A stretch of DNA of 32,000 nucleotides from Zygophlyctis sp. KS116 (GCA_054661495.1 BAAFSQ010000087.1:1-32000); one strand, 5' to 3'; shown: positions 11,704 to 23,825, numbered from the stretch's first letter. The notes: generated by a model not told the origin, from the sequence alone. Made by a program: numbers and translations.

Positions 11704-14700
11704 CTAATCATCCGGAAAAGATCGTTTTAAATTGTTTTTACGATTCTGTGCATCCATTTCTGCAAATATTGATTCAGCTATCTGCCTCAATGCCTCCTCA
11801 TCCTGGGTCGTCCACGTCTTTTCAATTTGAATTTGGTTAGAGTTTTTAATTGGCAACTGCTGTTTTGTAGAAAATAGATTTGGCTGTATTATATTTTCTT
11901 TTGCTAAATTAATTAATTATCCAAAAAATACCTCGTGGAGATGATTCGCAATCATCATCCGAAACACCTGGGGATGGCGTTAGCACACAGTCTTCTGATA
12001 ATAAATTCGATGAATTCCCCCTATCTTCATTTAAAGCAGGGTTCAGATCGTTTCCAACAGTAACTTTGAGAGAAAATCTCCTAGAATCATTAATCGGCGG
12101 TAAATCCTCATTTCCATATTCAACCATGTTATTTTGACCATTAGTTTTGTTGATAGATTCATTTAAGTTTATATTATCGGCATCTGTTTCATGAGCTGAC
12201 GGACTTTCCCTGGGTAATAATTTATAACTGAAATCCGGAATTCCTGAAATATCATCAGGTATTGAAGAAAGAAACCGATCAAGATCATTTGAATCTGTAT
12301 CATTAGGAGATGTTGGTATTGAAACATTCAGTCTTGAAGAATTAAGCTTTGGAGCGTTAGTTTTTTTTCGGGATTTTAGATTAACAGTTTCTTCAACATT
12401 ATTTTCCTGAGAGAAAAGAGAATCCGGAAGAGATGATAAAATTCCATCTAATTCATTTGTTTCGAAAGAGTTATGATCTTCGGCCTGGATGGTTGTGGAA
12501 GAAGCAGGTGGTGCTATTACCAAAATATCATCATTAGCTACAACTATTTCCTCTCCACTATTTACATGTAACTTTCCAGATCCATTTAAATTTGCATTTC
12601 TAATGTTTTCTGATGGTAAAACTCGTGATTCTAGCTGAACTAATGCCTCTTCTAGAGCTCTTTCTATAGTATCGGCACTACTAGCATCTCTATCAATAGT
12701 ATGTGAAGAAACTTCATTTATACAAAGTGGCATAGCAGCATCGTTTTCTGATAATTGCTGAACTTGTGAAGGGGCTTCATTCAAAGAAACAGGTGTTACA
12801 ACTAGACTTTGTGCAGCTTGCGTCTCTACTGGAGCCTGTAAAGGTGGCTCAATATATATACTGGGCATTTGAGGTTCATATTCTGATGTTTGCGTTACTG
12901 CGAGAGATTGTGAGGCATTCACAGAAACGGGTATTGTGGCATGAGCATCTGAGGCATGTATCCCTGCTTGAACTTGTGAAAGAGGCTCAATAGAGGGAAG
13001 GGGCATATGAGCTTCATGTCTTGACGTCTGAATTTCTGCCAGAACCTGAGTAGGGGGTTCAACAGAGCGGGGTTGGATGTTATTTGCAGAATTGGATCCT
13101 AATTGTCCCAAATTTTCTATTCGTGTCGGGCCTAAATTATCACCCGCAGTTGTATCTTCCTCATCACTACTTAATGTCAAATCAATCACGTCTGATGCCG
13201 TTCTTCCATCTACATTCATAGTGTCTGCAATTGGCTCCAATGAGGCGCTTGTAGAAGGGAAACTTGATGAAACAGGAGTGATTGCAAAAGGAGAAATATT
13301 AGGGAGAAATGGAGATGCTTGTATAAGACCAGCCGCAGTGTTTGCATGAATTGGCTCCTTTTGTGGTTGTATATTTTGTGATTGAATACTCTGAGGCTCC
13401 TTTTCTGGTTGAATACTCTCATGTTCTTTTTGTGGCTGCATACTTTGAGGCTCTTCATTATCTTCTTCATCAGAGGAAAGTATCATAATATCATTGTCTT
13501 GTAAGAAATCATTTTCCTTTTTAACAGGATGATCATTCTTCAATTCCTTGGTAGGTAAACTCCAACTTCCATCTGGTTGAATTTCTATTGTGTCGATGTC
13601 ATCTGAATCTGCCGCTACTTTAAGAATTTCTTCAAAATATTCGTCCAAAATAATATTATCCCATTTAATTCTATTATTGCAAATTGGGCATATAAATGTA
13701 TTCGACTTTTCATTCATTGAAAAAAATGTATCTAAATCGAAACACTGAGTATGCTTGCAAGATATTGATCTTCCAGGTTTGTTAATTTTTACTTGTAGAA
13801 TTGGATCTCGAAGTGAAATAGCTTCCGATGTAGCCACTATATCTTCATCAGCAAGAAATGATCTTTTTTCTAAGTTTCATAAATTTTAAATTAAAATACT
13901 TTCTTCTAGAACTTGAATTTTGGGATATCGATGTTTTTCACAAATAATCTCTACTCTTTTTTCTGGAGAGATAACCTTTACTAATTCTACAGTTACCATG
14001 CATTTCTATTCATTAAATCGCAAAAAAAATACCGGTATCATTGCAGAAAACCGAACTTCAATCTTATTGGCGATTCCAGGCTTTGTATTTAGTAAATCTG
14101 TAATATCTGGAGGATTACATGCCCAGATTTTCTTCTTATTGGGGATAATTACGTTTTCAGGAATTTGTTTTCCATTGACTGTAATCCAACAAGCATCTGA
14201 AAAGAAAACATCTATTACTTTTGACATTCCAAAGGGCATAGTATTCATTGGGTTTCCCATGTATAACTTTATCCGATGATCCACTAAAGACTCACAAGTC
14301 ACCGGATTAAGTACAAAATCATTAATCAGCATCATTCCCTGCCTACCATCTATAACTTTTGTGTATAATCTAGATGCGAAAACATTGTAAGGTGAATTTA
14401 TGTAAGTGACATTTTCAAAAGGCCTTGATGCCGATGCAGTAGCTTTAGAACCCACAGGTGCAGATGGCTGCTGTTGTATTATTTTTGAACGATCAACAAC
14501 ACTTTTTGCAGGGGATGATGACTTTGCAGACTTTGGCGGAGACGATCGCTTGTATCCCGCATGCAATGTTCCACCATTTTCTAGAGCAATGTATTGTAAA
14601 AATGCAGAAAAGCGATTATCATTCGGATTACACATTCTAATTTCTCTGGCGGCGGAGAGAGCAGTTAAAGCCCTATCAATTAAATCGGCCTTGTTGCCTG

Positions 14701-14809
14701 TGCCCGGCTGCCCCATTTTTTTAAGAATAATCTTGAGATCAGCTATCCGCAATCTGGTGCTAATCAGATAACAGGCCAATGAGTAATTCGATTCAATTTC
14801 AGAAAACAT
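11704..14809 (-). CDS. SIZ1: Siz/PIAS-family SUMO E3 ligase (SAP, PINIT-like, SP-RING, SIMs, long disordered tail), about 1006 aa
   Basis: SAP LRIADLKIILKKMGQPGTGNKADLIDR; SP-RING SLRDP...CKHTQCFD...CPIC; SIMs IMILSSDEED and VIDLTLSSDEED. Introns 14006-14032, 13870-13899, 11904-11931 (last exon less certain; without it the stop is at 11909). Confidence 0.88.
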
Positions 14810-14848
14810 TCAAAACTCAGCCTAAACACCAAGTTTGAAAAAATGAAC

Positions 14849-16286
14849 TTATATTAAATCAACCATTATACGATTCCTCGCTTTACTTGATTCTTCTTCC
14901 CAATCTGTAAAATATAAAAGTATATATAAAATGATTGACACAATAATTAAACCGATTGTCAAACCTTCCCAAAGGCCTTTAAGTCCATGATTAAAAATAA
15001 AGGCTAGCAAGATACCAATTGGTAAACCTAGAATGTAATAGCCGGCTAAATTAATAAATGCACCGGCTTTTTGACGTCCAGAACCTCGTAAAATTCCTCC
15101 TCCTACTGCTCCAAAAGAGTCTGAAAACTGGAATATTGCAGCTAAAGGAAGAATTTCAGATACAATACCAACAACTTTTGCATCATTTGTCCATACCCAG
15201 CCCCAATATTGTTTGATGCAAATCAAGGTAATAAAATTAAATAGTCCCACAACAACTCCTAGTCTAATAGCAACAGATGATGCAGTTTTAGCATTTTGTG
15301 GCAAGTTTGCGCCTAAACAGTTTCCAACTCTAGTAGCTGATGCTATAGATAGACCTAATGGTAGCATATAAAATAATCCAGAAGTGTTCAAAACAATGGT
15401 TTGAGCAGCCAAAATATCTGTTCCCAAAAGACCAGCCAAAAGAGCTACAACTTCAAAAGCCCACCATTCAGAACATAGTTGAAACATTCCAGGAATACCA
15501 AGTTTAAGAAAAAGATAAATCTGTTTCCAATCAAACATTTGCTTCATCTCCCATCCTCCCCAGGCTTCTGACCCTTCAATAAACTTTATATATAAAATCA
15601 ACAAGTTTAGAATGATAATATAAGTAATAGAAGTAGCAATTGGAGCTCCTCTTATACCAATCTGATAGTTTGACCAAACCAAAAACCATTGAAGAAATAT
15701 ATTTACCGGAGTAGCGAATAAAGTCACGACTAAATGTGCCTTCATTATCCCTTGTCCCTGTAAGTACTTTTTAAGACATTCAGTCACACAGTAAGGAAAA
15801 AGACCTATTAGCATATACAGTGTAAACTCTCCTGCAATTCTAGAGACAATCGCATCTTGCCCCAACAATAAAAAAATTGATTCTGAAAATATCCAAACAA
15901 AAGCAACTGGAATGCAAATTATAAACATTATAAATATGGATCTTTGCAGATGTCTTCCCAGATCTTTCTTATCTGGGGATCCAGTGAATGCTTGTGAACA
16001 TAGAGTATCTAATGCACTTGCCATTCCCATTGCAATAGAGAACCCAGTCACATTACAATACATTGTGGCCAGAGCCGATGCAGCAAGTTCAGCAGTTCCG
16101 ACATGGCCGAGAGAAAACCTAGTTGTAAGAAATCAATAATTACACTGAAACAATGCCCAAACTCATTTGCAGAAAGTATGCAAGACAAACCGGCCATGCG
16201 TATCTAATAAGTATGATTGATTCTTGTAAAAATGTAGTGTCTGGAGCATTGTCGTCCAGTAGTGGCAGAGTGTCTGGTTCCGACAT
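14849..16286 (-). CDS. MATE-family (Erc1/DinF-like) efflux transporter, about 470 aa
   Basis: GMASALDTLCSQAFTG, CSEWWAFEV, SIASATRVGNCLGA, GILRGSGRQKAGA; many TM segments. Intron 16119-16143 (25) gives VSVFSLGHVG. Confidence 0.93.
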
Positions 16287-16324
16287 TGCAAATTTTTCAC
16301 TCTACCAAGGGGCTGCGCTGCGGT

Positions 16325-16350
16325 GCAAGTGAACGCAAGTGTAACGCAAG
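16325..16350 (+). repeat. Three GCAAG-core direct repeats at 10-11 nt spacing in a divergent spacer
   Basis: GCAAGTGAAC GCAAGTGTAAC GCAAG at 16325, 16335 and 16346. Confidence 0.5.
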
Positions 16351-16447
16351 GGTGTCTAAAGAGAACACAGCAGAAAGAGTGACTGGGTCCAAATGTTCAG
16401 CCTCTTCACCCCGTCTGATCAGGAAAAAGTAAAAATTTACAGTTATA

Positions 16448-17083
16448 ATGCTTCTGATCGCAATCGCTGCCTCTACTCTTCCTCTCTTGTCTGCATACTC
16501 ATTGTGCAATCCTGCAGATGTCAAGGGTCCTATTAACATCCCATTGCAGAATGTGCTTGTAACTTCTCCAATTGTGGCAAATGGAAATATTCAAATCATT
16601 GATGGATGCACTGTATTTTTTCTTTTTTTAAAAAATTAGTTTGCCGTCGATGGATTTTCCTTGCAAAATGCAGGAACTGCAAAGTGGTTTGGTGGAGTTG
16701 GTTCTAGTGTAGATGGTATTACAATAGCCGATGATGTTATTAATCCAAATCCATCTGGTGGAAAGCAACAATTTACTTTTAGATCAGTTGCAGGAGCTGC
16801 AGTGTCTTTTAGAGACTTTAATCAATTTAGACTCTTTGACACGCAAACTAATACTTTGATTGCAGTTGCAAATGTTCCTGCAAACGTTATGGCGTCAGGT
16901 CCTACTGTAACAGGGGGACCTGTAACAGGAACAGTAGCCATTAGTACTGCAACTTCAAATTTAAGACCAATGTCAACAATGACTTCAAAAGCCTCTCCAT
17001 CTGCCCAGGCTTCTAGTGCAGAATCATCTTTAACAGCATCTAGTGGAATTATGGCTTTCTTGATGTTGTTTATGGGTTTTTAA
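16448..17083 (+). CDS. Secreted, probably GPI-anchored protein with a DM13-like domain and Ser/Thr-rich stalk (about 202 aa)
   Basis: Signal peptide; GNIQIIDGCT|FAVDGFSLQNAGTAKWFGG resembles the DM13 beta-domain pattern; S/T/A-rich tail then hydrophobic end. Intron 16613-16639 (27). Confidence 0.72.
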
Positions 17084-17116
17084 ACAAGAAATAAATTGTT
17101 TTTTTAAAATTTGAGT

Positions 17117-18074
17117 ATGAATTCATCCAATTTGTCTGATGAATTGTCGAAATACTTCAAGGACATTATATCTTTAGATTCTAAACTTCAGCGGAAAGCA
17201 ATTGATGATATCTATGAAATAGATGCACAATTGGTAAATCCTTATCTAGTACTACATGGAAGAGATGAAATTATTTCTTCTTACAAGGCATTGGCAACGT
17301 CAAACTTAAATATTCAAATTGAAATTAATTCTATTTGTAAGCATTCCGATAATAATGATAGCATATGATCAAGTACAACAGATCGCAATGATTGATTTGC
17401 GTCAGCACTTATTGCCAAAAGCTTTAGGAGGACTAATGACTATTTCAACACATCAAATACTAAAGTTGCAATTAGAGTCCGATTCAAAAGGAAAATTGAG
17501 GATTGTTCATCATTCGGAAATTCATTCAGCACAAGGTATTTTAAGGATTATAATTTAAGATATTATATCTCAAATGCCGATTATTGGTGGTTGGTATGAT
17601 GGAAGTCTAAGATCAGCCATGGGTCAAATATCTATGGCCGGAACAAATATTTTGGATAAAACAGGACTACTAGATTTAGTTCCTAGTTTAGTTTCTAAAA
17701 CAACAGAAACTGCTTCCGCTGTTAGGCAAAATGCTAATGATATAAAGGATAAAGCTATAAATATAGGATCAAAGTCATTGGAGAGAACTGGGATGCAATC
17801 AATGTTTTCAAAATGCTATTCTCTTGCTTCAGGTTACGTAAAAGATGCTAAAGATACTGCAAAATGGGGTGCTGCAGCACTAATTGAGAATGGAAAAGGA
17901 GAAAGAGTTGACTGTTATTCTAGTTCTTGCAAACCAGGTCAAGTCTGTTACTCGCCTACATGTCCTAGAGGAAAGAATGTAGAATTGTTATCACGAGAGT
18001 CTGTTCAAAATATTGTAAAAGGACTATATCTTGATGTCGGACAAAGGACAGGATTTCTAAAAACCATTTTCTAA
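17117..18074 (+). CDS. Hypothetical protein with N-terminal NTF2/SnoaL-like domain and C-terminal CYSxxC-x5-CYSxxCP motif (about 302 aa)
   Basis: IDDIYEIDAQLVNPYLVLHGRDEI...RIVHHSEIHS...MPIIGGWY pattern is SnoaL-like. Introns 17337-17361 (25), 17536-17559 (24). Confidence 0.7.
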
Positions 18075-18132
18075 TCTTGTTTTAAACATTGAATTTTAGT
18101 TCTAGTCTGACCCCAAAAAAAACGCAGATCTA

Positions 18133-18882
18133 ATGTCCAAAATCACTATTGGAATTATTGATGAGTTTAATTTCTGCTTGATGATGCCTCCTGCATTCGG
18201 AGACAATATAGGAAATACTGAAGGAACTTCATTGAGTCTTTGCATTGGACAAGTCGTCGGATCAGACTCTGCTGGATCAATGCCTAAAGGTAATTCAAGT
18301 ACTGACAATAGGATTTATAACATCTGCTCATTACATCCAAAAGAAAGATTATGTCCGTAAGATATTGTACCATTTGATAATAGAGATCTCTGGATACATT
18401 GATATTAACAAATTTGGACTTTCTCCCAATGACGGAGGTGGACAAGTAATTTTAAAATCTTAATGTTAGTATGATTCAGCAGAAAAAGGAAGTCGTCCAG
18501 GATCTGCTTGCGCCAATTATTCTTCATATTTAGAATATATAGAACCGGATCTTAAACGATACTGTGTGAGATGTTGTCATATTGATTCATTATGCGACAT
18601 TTGTAATTTTTTGTACAACATCTAATATAAGCCAGGGATACGATTGGTTGTGAAAAGGGAATGACTGGAACGATATTTGAGCCTGGATTTACACATGATG
18701 GAGTCCCAACTTTTTCTAATTCTTCATCCAAGACTGATGATTATAATTCACAGAGTACTGTACTAGGCCCTTCCAGTACTAAAACCATGTCCGATCAGAC
18801 GACTGACCGCCCATCAAACAATGCATTTGGTACACTTTGTAAAGTATCTGTTGCTATTACTTGTGCGATTATTTTACTCTAG
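18133..18882 (+). CDS. Cys-rich fungal surface-protein family member (resembles the Cryptococcus mannoprotein MP88-type domain), S/T tail plus GPI-like end, about 215 aa
   Basis: Spliced sequence FCLMMPP...IGNTE...PKGFITSAHY...YVQISGYID...DGGGQYD...IEPD..YCVRCC...GC. Introns 18290-18311 (22), 18357-18383 (27), 18446-18469 (24), 18603-18631 (29). Start uncertain because no signal peptide is visible. Confidence 0.72.
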
Positions 18883-18965
18883 TAATCCCTCACAGAATTA
18901 CTTTATAATTACTTAATATATCAAGTTCTACTCTAGGCTGTATAAGGCTTGAGACCTACTTTTTC

Positions 18966-19637
18966 ATGAATTTGTTCACTCTGCAATCACAAGTTAAGAT
19001 TGATAATAGGATCATTACAGCTACACTCATACAATCTGTCTTTTTGGAACAATTGGAAAGACATGTCCAGGACCTTGAAGCTTTGATTCCGGACCAAAAT
19101 TTCTTTTTTGAATGTCTTGGAAAGATGACGGTTGCATATTTAAGAGGATATTCATGTTTAATTTTTATTCAAAAAACTATAAAGGAAATTCATATTATTG
19201 AAAATATCAATGTTTGGAAAGCTGAAAATGGATTATATGTAAACTTTGACTCGCATCAGTCTTTATGGAATTTTAAAACAGAATCTCAACAGAATCTATG
19301 GGAGGATCAATTACTATTAATTCAAAAATCTCTAGATAAACCTTGTATTCCATCGAAAGAAATAAAATCTCATCAGATTTCTCCTCCTAGGACACCAGAC
19401 AGACAAAGTCAGCTTCGATCTCGGACAAGTTTACAGTCGTTTAAAACTAGACTTTGGTTTCCATTTAAAAGTAAAAAACAAGAATTGGAAATAATTGATC
19501 TTGAATCAGAGGAAATGGAAGAAGAGTTGACTCTACAAGACTTTCAAAGGTTGGTTCTAGAGTCTAAAAATGAACATTTATCATTGGATTTAGACGATGA
19601 TTCAGATATTTTTTCGGACTTTAAAAACCTTTTATGA
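18966..19637 (+). CDS. Hypothetical protein, 223 aa, possible PH-like domain
   Basis: Open ORF; WNFKTESQQNLWEDQL resembles the terminal PH helix; SP/TP-rich and acidic tail. Confidence 0.6.
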   Translation: MNLFTLQSQVKIDNRIITATLIQSVFLEQLERHVQDLEALIPDQNFFFECLGKMTVAYLRGYSCLIFIQKTIKEIHIIENINVWKAENGLYVNFDSHQSLWNFKTESQQNLWEDQLLLIQKSLDKPCIPSKEIKSHQISPPRTPDRQSQLRSRTSLQSFKTRLWFPFKSKKQELEIIDLESEEMEEELTLQDFQRLVLESKNEHLSLDLDDDSDIFSDFKNLL

Positions 19638-20355
19638 GTACTTGTTCTAATAATAATACATCATTGTGTTTAGAAACTTATATTCATCATTCTAGACAAT
19701 CTACGTTGGATAATGAGGATCCTCCAGCGTATTCAGTTGCACAAGTTGAAGAGACAAGTACAGAAAAATTAGTTTATAGATTTGGACCGTTATGTTTACT
19801 TATTATCGGTATTGATACATATTTTAGTAGCATTCTATTTATTTTTTCCTTCATGTCTAATTTCATAGCGAACAGTACTGGAGACATACAAACGACGTGT
19901 ATTCCTCTATTTTACCTCCTTTGTACTCTTTTGGGGAAATATGGATTTAAAAATGTAATTAATACGATATTTATTAAAAGGATAAATTATCATTCATGAT
20001 ATTGTATACATTGATATTTTATATTCGTTTATTTGTGGACATTGGGACCTTGATCAAACTACACGCCTCTAATTCAACAGATTATCTGCATCTGTCCCCC
20101 TCAAAGTTTGCTTTTTCATTATTCATGATTGGTATGAGACCATTTACTCAGTCATTGATGCCCTGTGAAGATATAGAATCATTTAGACTTTTGGGATATT
20201 GTCCAGATCAATTCATTCAAGATGGCAAAACGTTTTCTCCATTGGCTTTATATACATTCGCATCAGTTTTTGAACTATTATTTGGAATCAGTCTTTTATA
20301 CAAGACTAAGAATATATATATTGAGGAATGCATTCCTCTTGGATTGCAATATTGA
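19634..20355 (+). CDS. Hypothetical multi-pass membrane protein with N-terminal PPxY motif (about 231 aa)
   Basis: EDPPAYS followed by 4-5 hydrophobic segments; intron 19955-19980 (26) joins the two ORFs in frame. Confidence 0.7.
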
Positions 20356-20412
20356 TATTAAATGATTTACATTTGATTTGCGGTCAGTGCAATTTGTGGC
20401 ACTTTCGTGTAA

Positions 20413-21720
20413 ATGAGTCTAGAATTACAAACGTTTGACGGTACATTTGGCTTTCTTCCAAACTCCCCATTGTTGAAGCTATCGGACCCATTGTATAAAC
20501 CATGGGAGGATATTGTTGCGGATTTAAATCAGTTGATAGTCTCATCAACCATTCGCTCAAGAGTGAATAATGTAAAAATAATATTTTCAAATTTAGATGC
20601 CAATACTGTCTATTGAAAGTCTCGGCACAGAAAAGGAACTCTGTAGAGCACATTTACTTCTTTCGTTAATAGCACATTCGTATATTGTTGGATTTCCGTG
20701 CATTGATAAAATCGAATCTTTTCTTCCTGCACAAATCGCTGTTCCGTGGTATGCAATATCATGTCTTCTTGGTTTAAAGCCAGTAGTCTCATACGCAAGC
20801 TTGGAATTACACAATTTCAAGATTTTAAATCCTGATTTACCTCCTAGTTTGCATAATCTGGGAATGATTCATACATTTTCAGGATCTTTTGATGAATCAT
20901 GGTTTTACTTGATTCCTTTGGCGATTGAATTAGCAGGAGCGCCGGCAGTAAAGGCAATTTTGAACGCGCTTCTAGATTTTGAGAATGGGGAAATGGCTCG
21001 CATTTCAGACTATTTGAAAGTCATCAAGGATCATATTTCAGAAATGACTAAAATATTGAAGCTGATGTATAATAGAAATGATCCTCACATTTTCTGGCAC
21101 AGGGTTAGACCATATTCTGGTATTTTAGTAAATATAAATCATAGGTGGCTCAAAGAATAATGCATTGCTTCCAAATGGCATATTTTATGAAGGTGTTACA
21201 AGAATAGATGAATATTGCTCAGAAGAGTATGAAATTCCTCCAGGAAAAGTTGGTACATGGAGAAAATATGCAGGTAAGTACGTCTATAATATAAATAATT
21301 TTAGGAGCTTCTGCTGGACAAAGCCCATTGATTCATACTCTAGATGTTGGATTGTCGATAAAACACCAGAATTTACCTTCAACAGACTTTAATCCCATGC
21401 TTGAGATGAGGGATTATCTTTCTCAAAAACATCGTGATTTTCTATCTAGTCTCTCAAAGAGAAAATCTTTGAGTCATCATATTATTTTATCAAAAAATAC
21501 GGAATGGATGCAAAATTATAATTTGATCATTGAAGAGCTCAAATATTTTAGAGATGTGCATATTCAACTGACAACTCTTTATATAATTCAGCAGTCAATC
21601 AAGGATAAAAATGCAAGTCCAACAAAGGAATCATTTGTTGGGACAGGTGGGACTGATTTAGTCAAATTCTTGAAGCAGTCTCGGAATGAAACAATCCAAG
21701 CGAAAATTCAGAATGACTGA
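20413..21720 (+). CDS. BNA2: Indoleamine 2,3-dioxygenase (about 408 aa)
   Basis: GFLP, TFSGSFDESWFYL, FWHRVRPY, YAG|ASAGQS, EMRDY, FRDVHIQ (heme His), GTGGT loop. Introns 20572-20596, 21120-21144, 21274-21304. Confidence 0.92.
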
Positions 21721-21732
21721 TAGTTTGTATAT

Positions 21733-23128
21733 TCAGAGAAAATATTCTAAATTGAAGTCATTCCAATCATCATAATTGTTTTGACGGGTTTTCTTTTGAT
21801 TTACGGGGCTGACAACGTCCATTTTTTCGATAAATACTCCATTCTTTTTTCGTATTCTTGTCACTAGCTCTTCTGCATTGTGTGGAATTTTTGCTACAAG
21901 ATTCTTGATAAAAACACCCATTTTATCCATTGCATAATTTGCCTCTGAAATATATGTGAATGCTTGAAAAACATGAAACATATCTTCATAAATTTCTAGT
22001 TTAACTGATATACCAGAGTGTACTGCAGAAGTGAAAAGACGCTCAGAATCATTGAGCAGTACTTCTGCATCTCCTACCTGGATAAGTACAGGAGGAAATC
22101 CCTTTAAATCCATTTTCACTGGGCTAAGCAAAGAATCACTAAGCGACAATCCATTAGAGTATAAAGATAATGCCCAGACAACGCCTCTTACATCTAGATT
22201 CATAACGTCAGAATTCCAATTAAAATGCCAACTTGGAGACGTTATTGCTAGGATTTAGAAAACATTTAAAATTACTGTGATCGACAAAAGGCGACATCAG
22301 AACAATTCCCTCTGGCATTTTCAAATTTAGTCTTTTTAGAAGAAATGTTAGCTGCAAGCAAAGACATGATCCTGACGAATCACCAGCCAGGATCACGTTA
22401 AAATCATTATATGTTTCAGGCAAAATCCCACCTATAGTTTGATTTGTAAGAAAACAATAAGCCGCCAATGCATCTTCTGCAGCTGAAGGAAATCTATTTT
22501 CTGGAGCTAACCTGTAATCTATTGCGAGTACAGAACAAGTTGATGTTTGAGCAAGACCCATGGTTAAAGTTCTATGAGATTTTGAACTTAAAAATATATG
22601 CGCACCACCATGCAAATATAATATGACTGTTTCTGACTGAATGCATTTTTTGAATTTAATCCACTCCCCCTCAATAAAGCGAGCTCCTGAATCACTTGAA
22701 TTTAAATCAACTCCAAAGTTCTCTGCAACTATTTTTGCCAGCCTATTAGAATTTTGAATAGAAATTTCACAACTTTCAATAGAGAATTTAGGGAATAGAA
22801 AGGCCGGGATCCTTATAGATGTTATCAAGCGAACGACAGCCATTGAATGGCGTCCTTGGGGGAGATATTGCTGCATCGCAGTTTGTAGAATTGAATGAGT
22901 TAAAGAGGTTAAGAGTGTCCAAGACGGTCGGATTGGACCATCAATGAGAAGCGACAAAAGAGTAACGAAAAGAACGCAACCAAACCAAATTGCTGATGCA
23001 ACCATGAAAAATGGAAGCCATAGTGAATGCATTAATTTATGTACATGTGTATCTGGATAGGGAGGTGAACAAACTTGAGGCCATTCTGTTTTAAGCCATG
23101 TAGGAATTTTAAATCTCGAGCGTTTCAT
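21733..23128 (-). CDS. Alpha/beta hydrolase, hormone-sensitive-lipase family (Abhydrolase_3), N-terminal membrane segment, about 455 aa
   Basis: LHGGAH oxyanion motif, DYRLAPE, GDSSG nucleophile, EVLLND, MFHVF. Intron 22248-22275 (28). Confidence 0.9.
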
Positions 23129-23176
23129 TATCAATAATTATATGACCGATATACGATCTAAAATCTCAGATGCAAA

Positions 23177-23782
23177 TCAATTCTTTTTTTTTAATTCGGC
23201 AATTTTGCTATCCCAATCCTCAATAGGGAGTGTCTTTAAACTTGATCCTTGTTCTGATTGAGCTACTTGATCAATCAAGGCTTTCATGTCCGGATGTACT
23301 TCTTCTAAATTTGTGTGAACGTAAAACTTTAGTCTTCTACGCACAGCTAGATTCCATGGATGCAATGTTTGCGAATCTCCATTTATCGCCCAGTTTGTAA
23401 ATGGTTTACTATGAATAGGAATTATGTCTGAAGGATTAACTCTGGTAGCGATCCGATTTCCGCAAAGAGATAATGATCCAATCTCTAGCGATCCGTTATT
23501 ATTATTAATGTCTGTTACATAAGGGCTGATACAATAATGGATTAATCCAGTGGAGAGAGATGATGTAACGATGGCTAAAAACGTTTAATGTATTGAATGC
23601 ATACCAATGCCAAGGGTAGACACCACTAATGGAGAATTATCAACGATTGAAATCAAAACTGTTGATGTGATTGATATACCTAGAGTTGCAGCAGAGACTC
23701 TTCTTAAGATAGATAATGTTTTCTAAAAATAAGTAATCAGAGCATCAATTACTGTCATTGGGCCATTGTATATCAATGTCAT
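23177..23782 (-). CDS. TMEM70/TMEM186/TMEM223-family mitochondrial inner-membrane protein (about 181 aa)
   Basis: Mostly missed by the ORF track. Spliced MTLIYNGPMT|KTLSILRRVS, two TM helices, STGLIHYCISPYV, KPFTNW. Introns 23723-23752, 23575-23604 (30 each). Confidence 0.72.
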
Positions 23783-23825
23783 TGGTCAAATAAGTCAAAG
23801 GCAGGGTTTAGGAGCTCATTACTAA

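Noticed and set aside
13795-13825. Asp instead of Cys in the SP-RING (LRDP) as a sign of inactivation
   Set aside because: This position is not one of the core zinc ligands; CxH and CxxC are intact.
14849-23128. Secondary-metabolite cluster (MATE, SnoaL-like, IDO, hydrolase)
   Set aside because: No PKS, NRPS, terpene synthase or other backbone enzyme; unrelated surface proteins are interspersed and adjacency is uninformative at this gene density.
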